From Prochlorococcus sp. MIT 0801 (GTDB lineage: Bacteria; Cyanobacteriota; Cyanobacteriia; PCC-6307; Cyanobiaceae), in the NCBI RefSeq assembly GCF_000757865.1, contig NZ_CP007754.1, positions 1,890,001 to 1,922,000 of the forward strand: DNA of 32,000 nucleotides, given 5' to 3'. Both the position numbers and the translations under genes were made by a program. Shown here one piece after another: positions 1-6,733 of this stretch (positions are counted from its first letter, which is position 1; the number at the start of each line of letters is the position of its first letter). The notes beneath the pieces were generated by a model. The model saw only the letters and a program-made list of their open reading frames with translations. It was not told the DNA's origin and ran no database searches.

Positions 1-74
1 AAAAATATCAACTAACCCCAAAGAATTTTGGCTGAGTTTGTTAAAAATCTAAAAAATAATATCGGACATACTAT

Positions 75-860
75 CTATATAGGAATTGGAAATGTCACTT
101 CAGCTGGCTTTGGAGAGCAAGCTTCTACTTGAAAATCCACAACTGAACCTATTACAACAATCGCAGGAGACCTTATATTTTCTTCTTGAACTCGGTCAAA
201 AAGCTTTACCAAAGGGCTCTTAATATAACGTTGACCAATAACAGTACCCTGCTCAATTACTGCCGCAGACGTCTCAGGATTCATACCACCAGCAATCAAC
301 TCTGCTGAGATAAATTTTAAATTATGAACACCCATATATATAACGATTCCATCACTGGATTTCGCTAAAGACCGCCAATTTACAGCTGGGCGTTTTTTAT
401 CAATCCCCTCATGTCCAGTCACAAAAGTGACTGAAGATCCAGCACGTCTATGAGTAATAGGTATCCCAACATAGGCAGGAGCAGCTATACCTGATGTAAC
501 CCCAGGTACTACTTGTACTGGAACCCCTTTTTTATGAAGATAAGAAGCTTCTTCCGCACCTCTACCAAACAAAAATGGATCACCACCTTTTAATCTAACA
601 ATACAAGAATAACTCTTTGCTAAATCAAATAAAATATCATTCGTTGTCCTCTGAGGAACCGAATGATGACCACGCCTCTTACCCACTGAATGAAGTTGAC
701 AATTTGAAGAAACTAATTCAAGTAGCTCTATAGGAACTAAAGAGTCGTATACAAGCGCATCACATTTACTAATTAGTTTTTGCGCTTTAACTGTTAATAA
801 ATCGGGATCACCAGGACCTGCTCCGACAAGATGCACAGTGCCAAACTGATTTGTATTCAT
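75..860 (-). CDS. cobA: uroporphyrinogen-III C-methyltransferase (SUMT; makes precorrin-2 for siroheme/cobalamin)
   Basis: 261-aa ORF. It has the N-terminal VHLVGAGPGDPDLLTVKA and internal LKGGDPFLFGRG motifs typical of the SUMT/tetrapyrrole methylase family. The ATG at 858-860 overlaps the upstream gene's stop (ATGA on the minus strand). Confidence 0.9.
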   Translation of the reverse strand: MNTNQFGTVHLVGAGPGDPDLLTVKAQKLISKCDALVYDSLVPIELLELVSSNCQLHSVGKRRGHHSVPQRTTNDILFDLAKSYSCIVRLKGGDPFLFGRGAEEASYLHKKGVPVQVVPGVTSGIAAPAYVGIPITHRRAGSSVTFVTGHEGIDKKRPAVNWRSLAKSSDGIVIYMGVHNLKFISAELIAGGMNPETSAAVIEQGTVIGQRYIKSPLVKLFDRVQEENIRSPAIVVIGSVVDFQVEACSPKPAEVTFPIPI

Positions 861-1750
861 GGCAAGTTACCCAAAATATTAACAAGACCACGATGAATAA
901 TATCAATCTCAAGCAAAGATTTAAGCTGCTCTCCTTTACTATCAATTTCTACATTTTTGTTTGGAGTCAAAAGATAGGGAATAGGAAGATAATTCTTCTC
1001 CTTTTTAACAGTATCTTGATTCCATCTAGACCATGAATAAAGAGGAATATTTAGGAATTTTTCTAAGGACTTAAGAAAAACATCTGAAGTATCTGAAGAG
1101 ACAGGGTGATGAATCAACGCAGGTTTAAGAAAAGGACTCTGACTAGTTATCAGATCATCTATTAATGATAGCCATGGTATAAAAGAACCTAGGAAAGGAA
1201 ACAATTTTATATTTTGTCCCTCTTCTTGCAAACGTTTAAATATTTTTGGTACATCAATACAAACATGACTTCCAGGTAACAAAAAAAGAGGAACTAAAAA
1301 CACTGATCTATTACCGATGTCAATTTGCTCTGGATTGTCATCAGTTAAAGCCTCTATTGAAACAGAGCGATTTTTATGCCTTTTTAATTGGTCAACCAAA
1401 GAAAGAAGAGATGGATGTATCTCACCACCTCTAGAACCATGCACTAGTAAATGTAAATGGTGAGGAGGCTCACAATTAATTCTATTTGGTAACAAAGACA
1501 ACTTTTGATGGACATCTGAAGATGTATTAGTACTTTCAGCTAATTTATTAAAATTGAGATGATGAGAAATTCTAGATACTCGAGAACAAATAATTTCAGG
1601 CGAGGAGAGGGGGTTGATCGAAGAAACACTCAATACAGAGGAAGAAAAAGATTCAAAAGTACTTTTCATAGAGACCTCTTTGCTATGAAAGAGGTTTGGG
1701 AAATGCTCAAAAGTGGAGCGATTAGAAGCCTCGGAGAAATTGGACGCCAA
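857..1750 (-). CDS. CbiX/SirB-like class II chelatase (candidate sirohydrochlorin ferrochelatase) with a Ser-rich N-terminal extension
   Basis: 297-aa ORF. HLLVHGSRGGE and VFLVPLFLLPGSHVCIDVPKI resemble the CbiX motifs (xxxGHGSR; PLFLxxGxHxxxDIP). The track start at 1750 is TTG and the first in-frame ATG is at 1669 (MKSTFESF), so the true start is uncertain. The stop overlaps the cobA ATG. Confidence 0.6.
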   Translation of the reverse strand: MASNFSEASNRSTFEHFPNLFHSKEVSMKSTFESFSSSVLSVSSINPLSSPEIICSRVSRISHHLNFNKLAESTNTSSDVHQKLSLLPNRINCEPPHHLHLLVHGSRGGEIHPSLLSLVDQLKRHKNRSVSIEALTDDNPEQIDIGNRSVFLVPLFLLPGSHVCIDVPKIFKRLQEEGQNIKLFPFLGSFIPWLSLIDDLITSQSPFLKPALIHHPVSSDTSDVFLKSLEKFLNIPLYSWSRWNQDTVKKEKNYLPIPYLLTPNKNVEIDSKGEQLKSLLEIDIIHRGLVNILGNLP

Positions 1751-1803
1751 TACTAAATGAGAAATTATGAAACCAATTAATCAATTAAATGGATAAACAG
1801 GAT

Positions 1804-1817
1804 GTATTGAATGATAC
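1804..1817. promoter_or_regulatory. NtcA-box candidate 1 (GTA-N8-TAC)
   Basis: The sequence tGTAttgaatgaTACc is an exact match to the palindromic NtcA core consensus. It lies in the 153-bp divergent spacer between the CbiX-like gene and nirA, about 60 nt upstream of the minus-strand ORF start at 1750. Confidence 0.55.
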
Positions 1818-1837
1818 CAAAATAAATAAAAAATTTG

Positions 1838-1851
1838 GTAAAAACTGATAC
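1838..1851. promoter_or_regulatory. NtcA-box candidate 2 (GTA-N8-TAC), proximal to nirA
   Basis: The sequence gGTAaaaactgaTACa is an exact core match. AT-rich -10-like hexamers (TAATTA 1876-1881, TATAAA 1880-1885) lie 24-28 nt downstream, and the nirA ATG is at 1904. This geometry is compatible with a class-II NtcA-activated promoter. Confidence 0.6.
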
Positions 1852-1903
1852 ATCTAAAGTTTAGATTTTAAAGGTTAATTATAAATGTCAAGTCTCAATA
1901 CCA

Positions 1904-3565
1904 ATGGTTCAATACTATCTCGAAGGCAAAAAACTAAATCAAGTTGAAAAAAATAAAGCTGCTAAGGATGGACTCGAAATCGGAAAGGATATAGACAAAT
2001 TTGCTGAAATGGGATGGGAGCAAATGGATAAAACTGATTTAGAATTAAGATTGAAATGGTATGGGATGTTTTGGAGACCCAAAACCCCTGGAAAGTTTAT
2101 GTTAAGGTTAAGAATACCTAATGGAATAATCAATGCAGAACAATTAAAGGTAATTGCATCAATTGTTGCGAGATATGGAGAGAATGGAAGTTGTGATATA
2201 ACAACTAGGCAAAATATACAACTTAGAGGTGTTTTGATTAGTGATTTGCCTGAGATATTAAATAGGTTAAAAAAAGTAAACATATCAACAACTCAATCTG
2301 GATTTGATAATCCAAGAAATGTTACTGGAAATCCCATCGCTGGAGTTGATCCAGAAGAGATTATAGACACAAGAATATATACATCAAAAATGCAAGACCA
2401 TTTAACTAATGATGGTAAGGGAAACTCAGAATTTTCAAATCTTCCAAGGAAATGGAACACAGCTATAGCAGGCTCTAAGGATAATTTTCTTTTACATAAT
2501 GATTTAATTTTTCATCCAGTTAAAATTAATGGGGTTTTAGGTTTTAGTGTTTGGATTGGAGGCGTACTTTCATCAGTAATGAATGAATATGCAGTTCCGT
2601 TGAATGCCTGGGTTGAAGAAGAAAAAATTTATGAATTAACATCAATTATTTTATCCCTATGGAGAGATAATGGGGAACGTAATATAAGACCTAAAGGTAG
2701 GTTTAGATTTTATTTAGATAAAATTGGCATTGAAACATTTAGAGATCTTATCGAAAAACAATATGGAACATTAAAAGAAGATCCAGGCTCAATATTTTCA
2801 GATAAACCAAGGTCATTTTTTGGAATTCATTCTCAAAAACAAGAAGGTAAATATTTTGCAGGAATTCATGTGCCAGTAGGCCGTCTTTTGGCTGAAGATT
2901 TACAAGATCTAGCAAATATATGTGAGAATTTTGGTGATAAAGAAATAAGACTTACCGAAGATCAAAATATTATTATTACTGGTATAGATACAAATCTAAT
3001 TGAAGAATTTAAGGAGCAATCTATCTTACAAAAGTTTCCATTAGAACCAGAAACTATTGCAGCAGGTACTGTTTCTTGTACTGGAAATACCTATTGTGGT
3101 TTCGCTCTAACAAATACAAAGGATCAAGCTTTAAAAATCTCGCATGAATTAGACAAAGAATTAGATTTGAAAGACGAATTAAAGATTCATTGGACTGGGT
3201 GTCCTAATAGTTGTGGTCAAGCCTATATGGGAGGAATTGGTTTAACGGGCAAAAAAGCTAAAGACAAAGAAGGAAAAACCGTTGAAGCTTATGATATAAG
3301 CATTGGTGGATCACAAGGGCCTAATTATAAATTAGGAGAATTAATAAAAAAATCTGTCCCTCAAGATGAATTAAAAGATGTACTAAAAGATTTACTTATT
3401 TCAGATTTTGATGCAAAAGAAAAAATATTTTTAAGTAAAAAATCTGGTTCATTATCTCGATTTATGAATTGGTTTAGTCCTCTTGGCAAAGATAAACCGC
3501 TGATTAATCGAGCTAATGGCAGCCACGACATCTTTTCCAAATTTATGAATCGAATTAGCAATTAA
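1904..3565 (+). CDS. nirA: ferredoxin-nitrite reductase (siroheme/4Fe-4S) with a C-terminal extension of about 45 aa
   Basis: 553-aa ORF. It has two nitrite/sulfite reductase half-domains. The cluster-ligand cysteines are in SCTGNTYCGFA and WTGCPNSCGQ. An NtcA-box promoter lies upstream. Confidence 0.93.
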   Translation: MVQYYLEGKKLNQVEKNKAAKDGLEIGKDIDKFAEMGWEQMDKTDLELRLKWYGMFWRPKTPGKFMLRLRIPNGIINAEQLKVIASIVARYGENGSCDITTRQNIQLRGVLISDLPEILNRLKKVNISTTQSGFDNPRNVTGNPIAGVDPEEIIDTRIYTSKMQDHLTNDGKGNSEFSNLPRKWNTAIAGSKDNFLLHNDLIFHPVKINGVLGFSVWIGGVLSSVMNEYAVPLNAWVEEEKIYELTSIILSLWRDNGERNIRPKGRFRFYLDKIGIETFRDLIEKQYGTLKEDPGSIFSDKPRSFFGIHSQKQEGKYFAGIHVPVGRLLAEDLQDLANICENFGDKEIRLTEDQNIIITGIDTNLIEEFKEQSILQKFPLEPETIAAGTVSCTGNTYCGFALTNTKDQALKISHELDKELDLKDELKIHWTGCPNSCGQAYMGGIGLTGKKAKDKEGKTVEAYDISIGGSQGPNYKLGELIKKSVPQDELKDVLKDLLISDFDAKEKIFLSKKSGSLSRFMNWFSPLGKDKPLINRANGSHDIFSKFMNRISN

Positions 3566-3854
3566 TTCGATTTTATAAAAAATTATTTTTCTAACTTTTT
3601 AAATTTATGACTCAAAGTACTTCTCAAATGAGCTACGTCTTACCTAAAGATTCTATTTCTCGTTTCATGAATTGGTTTAACAACCTTGGTAAAGATAAAC
3701 CGCTGATTAATCGAGCTAATGGCAGCCACGACATCTTTTCCAAATTTATGAATCGAATTAGCAATTAATTCGATTTTATAAAAAATTATTTTTCTAACTT
3801 TTTAAATTTATGACTTCAAGTGCCTCTCAAATGGACTATGTCCTACCAAATGAA
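3449..3854 (+). repeat. tandem direct duplication, period 203 bp (unit 3449-3651 repeated at 3652-3854)
   Basis: Hand alignment at a constant offset of 203 shows no indels. Positions 3488-3611 are identical to 3691-3814 (124/124). The left arm has about 28/39 matches and the right arm about 29/40. Confidence 0.9.
3607..3768 (+). CDS. chimeric small ORF (53 aa): first 15 codons of a transporter-gene copy fused in frame to a copy of the NirA C-terminal tail
   Basis: It runs from ATG 3607 to TAA 3766-3768 and encodes MTQSTSQMSYVLPKDSISRFMNWFNNLGKDKPLINRANGSHDIFSKFMNRISN. It is preceded by the same 41-nt spacer that precedes the transporter ATG at 3810. It is below the 60-aa ORF-track cutoff. 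Expression is unknown. Confidence 0.4.
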   Translation: MTQSTSQMSYVLPKDSISRFMNWFNNLGKDKPLINRANGSHDIFSKFMNRISN

Positions 3855-4721
3855 TTGGTAGATGGAATGATTGCTGCAGGTGGCAAGAAATCATCTGTAA
3901 GCGTAAAAAACTTGCTAATAAGAGGCTTCTATTCAGGAGCAATTTTAGGTTTAGCGACATGTCTTGCAATTACTATTGGTATTCAATCAGGGATGCCTTG
4001 GTTAGGTTCTTTTATATTTCCTTTTGGTTTTGCAAGTATCGTTCTTTTCGGTATGGAGCTTGTTACTGGTAATTTTGCGTTACTACCAATGGCTGTATGG
4101 GCTGGAAAGAGTTCTTGGTCTGCAACTGTAAGGAATTGGCTATGGGTTTGGATCGGTAATTTTCTAGGTACAGCATTTGTTGCCGTACTACTTTCAATTA
4201 GTTTATCAAGTGCTGGAAATGTAGATCCATTAACTGCTGCTGAAGGTGGAAAAGGATGGGCAGTTGTAGCAGCAAAAATAATAGCTATACATAAAGCAAA
4301 CACAGTTGTTAAATATGAAGCACTTGGAAGTACTGGTTTTTTCCTTGCATTTTTACGTGGAGTAATTGCAAACTGGCTAGTTTGTTTAGGTGTAACAATG
4401 GCACTTGTAAGTAAAAGTGTTCCAGGAAAGATACTTGCTTGCTGGCTACCTATAACTGCATTCCAAACAATGGGAATGGAGCACATAGTAGTTAATATGT
4501 TTTTGCATACAACTGGCCCTCTACTTGGTTCGGGTATTCCTTTTACAAAAGTAATTTTTTGGAATTTCTTACCAGTGACGATTGGAAATATTGTTGGAGG
4601 AATGGTATTTATTGGAATGCTTTTCTATAGCACCCACAAAACTCCTATCTCTAATGTTTTACCAGACGTAAAAGATGAAAAATTAGAACGAGAGCTCGAA
4701 GCACAACTTGGTGCAAGATAA
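3810..4721 (+). CDS. focA: formate/nitrite transporter family protein (FocA/NirC type; probable nitrite channel)
   Basis: 303-aa polytopic membrane ORF. It has the FNT-family motifs FGMELVTGNF and GNIVGG. It lies immediately downstream of nirA. Confidence 0.9.
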   Translation: MTSSASQMDYVLPNELVDGMIAAGGKKSSVSVKNLLIRGFYSGAILGLATCLAITIGIQSGMPWLGSFIFPFGFASIVLFGMELVTGNFALLPMAVWAGKSSWSATVRNWLWVWIGNFLGTAFVAVLLSISLSSAGNVDPLTAAEGGKGWAVVAAKIIAIHKANTVVKYEALGSTGFFLAFLRGVIANWLVCLGVTMALVSKSVPGKILACWLPITAFQTMGMEHIVVNMFLHTTGPLLGSGIPFTKVIFWNFLPVTIGNIVGGMVFIGMLFYSTHKTPISNVLPDVKDEKLERELEAQLGAR

Positions 4722-4751
4722 AATTAAAAAAATTAAATTTTAAACTAAATT

Positions 4752-4786
4752 AAGAAAGCCTAGAAAGTTGTATTCTAGGCTTTCTT
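4752..4786 (+). terminator. strong hairpin downstream of the transporter gene (probable intrinsic terminator)
   Basis: aagaaagcctagaa (4752-4765) pairs perfectly with ttctaggctttctt (4773-4786), giving a 14-bp stem and a 7-nt loop, 31 nt after the stop codon. There is no clean U-run after the stem, so efficiency is uncertain. Confidence 0.6.
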
Positions 4787-4860
4787 AATATGTCTACTAT
4801 TTAATAGTTATTAATAGGGTTTTAAAAAATTTTCCATTAATCTCTAAACAAATCAGATAC

Positions 4861-4890
4861 TTGACTTGATCAATAAACAAATAGTAAATT
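4861..4890 (+). promoter_or_regulatory. candidate sigma70-type promoter for the HEAT-like/TrpD-like pair
   Basis: It has TTGACT (4861-4866), an 18-nt spacer and TAAATT (4885-4890), about 50 nt upstream of the ATG at 4940 and downstream of the hairpin. It is a pattern match only, in AT-rich DNA. Confidence 0.25.
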
Positions 4891-4939
4891 AAAAAATTAC
4901 TCTGATTAATTATTTTCTAATCCACTAAATTTAAATTCT

Positions 4940-5650
4940 ATGATTATTGAAGAAAGCAATATATGGGATACCATTAATAACGCGAAAAAAACCAAGCCAA
5001 GTGCTGAGTGGCTTAAGACTGCATACAATCCAAATATTAACTTTGAACTTAGACAAGAAATCGCTATTCGCTTGGGACAATTATCAAAAGTAGGATGGAT
5101 AAAAATAAAAGATCTACTTAAGACGTATGGAAATAAAGATGAACTAATCCTTGCTGCAGGACTTACTTATCAAGATGATGCCAAAGAATGGCTCTTAAAC
5201 CATCTTTATAGTGATGACACAATGAACATCAAAGTCGTAGAAGCTTTGGCTTGCTGGGGAGGAACCTTACCGATTGAGCTTATTAAAAAAACATTAGAAG
5301 AAAAAAGTGCAGAAATGAAAATAGCTGGTTTAGAATTATTAAAATTCAAAGCTCATTTACTTTCTGATTTTGATTTACTTGAGATAGCAAAATCTCCTTT
5401 AAATGATTTCAGAGAAGAGATAGTGATCAAAACACTGACAATAATTCAAAGACGTGAAAGCTTAAATATCTGTGAAGCAATCAGCGATGTAATACAAAAA
5501 GGCTCGGATAAATCTGCATACTATGGACTAATGGCTCTTGGTTCAATCGGTACTGAAATTAGTAAAAAAATCCTATTAGATTTAGTTAAAAATTTAAAGA
5601 ATACTGAGCGCAAAGAACTTGCAAAAAAACAACTTAACTTTGAAATATAA
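4940..5650 (+). CDS. hypothetical alpha-helical repeat protein (HEAT/PBS-lyase-like repeats)
   Basis: 236-aa ORF with repeated blocks of about 30-35 aa of helix-turn-helix character (for example VVEALACWGG, IAGLELLKF, VIKTLTIIQ, GLMALGSIG). Its stop is 6 nt before the next ATG, so it probably forms an operon with 5657-6715. Confidence 0.6.
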   Translation: MIIEESNIWDTINNAKKTKPSAEWLKTAYNPNINFELRQEIAIRLGQLSKVGWIKIKDLLKTYGNKDELILAAGLTYQDDAKEWLLNHLYSDDTMNIKVVEALACWGGTLPIELIKKTLEEKSAEMKIAGLELLKFKAHLLSDFDLLEIAKSPLNDFREEIVIKTLTIIQRRESLNICEAISDVIQKGSDKSAYYGLMALGSIGTEISKKILLDLVKNLKNTERKELAKKQLNFEI

Positions 5651-5656
5651 ACTCCA

Positions 5657-6715
5657 ATGACAAATAAATATGAAGAATTTAAAACCTATTTAAAAAAAAT
5701 AGGTAGTGGTGAGTTTACAGGAAAAAGTCTTACTCGCGAAGAAACTAAATCAGCTCTCATGCTGATGCTAAAAGAAGAAGCAAGTGCAGCCCAAATTGGT
5801 GGCTTCATGATTGCACATAGAATTAGACGTCCTATCCCTGAAGAACTAGCCGGGATGATTGATGCCTATATCGAACTAGGACCCAAAATTCAATCGCCCA
5901 GTAATCAACGTCAACCTATATTTTTTGGGATGCCTTTTGATGGTAGGAAAAAAACTGCACCTATTTATCCTCTGACAACTTTACTATTACTAACTCAAAA
6001 ACAGCCTGTTATTTTGCATGGTGGTTCTCGTATGCCAGTAAAATACGGCGTTACCCATAACGAACTCTTTCAAGCCTTAGGAATAAATTTAACCGGTCTA
6101 TCCATAGAACAATTGCAAAGTTTTTTCAACCATAACGACCTAGCTTTAATACATCAGCCAGATCATTTTCCGCTAGCTGAAAATTTAATTCCTTATAGAG
6201 ATCAAATAGGTAAGCGCCCACCTCTAGCAAGTATGGAATTAATCTGGACATGTCATCAAGGAAGTCATCTACATATAAGTGGCTATGTTCATTCTCCTAC
6301 TGAAGAAAGACATTGGAAGACCTTAGAACTTATGGGAGAACAAAATGTGATTACTATCAAAGGACTGGAAGGTGGAATAGATCTTTCAATAAGTCGTTCA
6401 TCAACAATTGGACAGTACAAAAATCAACATGGAACTAGAACTGTTTTTCATCCAAAAGACTACGAATGTTCTGGAAAAGATGTTGAATGGAGCGACATCA
6501 CAGAATGGAAGAAATTTGCTTTACAAGCTCTTCATGGCGAGGGTCCTTTAAGTAAAGCACTTGAATGGAATACTGGTATTTACTTTTTTTATGCAGGTAT
6601 AAGCTCTGATATTAAAGAAGGAATAAATAAAGCAAAAGAAGTAATCAATTCAGGATTTGCTCTCAAGCAATTAGAAAAATTAATTCATTGGAGTGACGAA
6701 AATATTGATTCCTAA
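5657..6715 (+). CDS. anthranilate phosphoribosyltransferase-like protein (glycosyltransferase family 3 fold; divergent TrpD paralog, function unknown)
   Basis: 352-aa ORF. The N-terminal helical domain (LTREETKSALMLMLKEEASAAQIGGFMIAHRIRRPIPEELAGMIDAY) matches the Glycos_trans_3N pattern. The canonical GTGGDG and KHGN(R) motifs are replaced by GMPFDG (5927-5944) and LHGGSR. Confidence 0.65.
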   Translation: MTNKYEEFKTYLKKIGSGEFTGKSLTREETKSALMLMLKEEASAAQIGGFMIAHRIRRPIPEELAGMIDAYIELGPKIQSPSNQRQPIFFGMPFDGRKKTAPIYPLTTLLLLTQKQPVILHGGSRMPVKYGVTHNELFQALGINLTGLSIEQLQSFFNHNDLALIHQPDHFPLAENLIPYRDQIGKRPPLASMELIWTCHQGSHLHISGYVHSPTEERHWKTLELMGEQNVITIKGLEGGIDLSISRSSTIGQYKNQHGTRTVFHPKDYECSGKDVEWSDITEWKKFALQALHGEGPLSKALEWNTGIYFFYAGISSDIKEGINKAKEVINSGFALKQLEKLIHWSDENIDS

Positions 6716-6733
6716 AGTTTTAAAAAAATAAAT

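Noticed and set aside
851-1756. Plus-strand track ORFs 851-1036, 1246-1434 and 1559-1756.
   Set aside because: They lie antisense within the CbiX-like gene. They have low-complexity or odd composition (R/K-rich, no motifs), whereas the minus-strand frame carries recognisable CbiX motifs and is coupled to cobA.
1885-1947. An ATG at 1885 upstream of nirA could be an alternative start.
   Set aside because: It is out of frame with nirA and terminates after 20 codons. The ATG at 1904 gives the conserved NirA N-terminus.
1939-4486. Minus-strand track ORFs 1939-2283 and 3361-3561 (inside nirA) and 3983-4486 (inside the transporter gene).
   Set aside because: They are shadow ORFs opposite strongly supported genes. 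They show no family motifs and are typical antisense open frames of AT-rich coding DNA.
4884-4900. A GTA...TAC pair upstream of the HEAT-like gene looks like an NtcA box.
   Set aside because: The spacing is N11, not N8, so it does not fit the NtcA consensus geometry.
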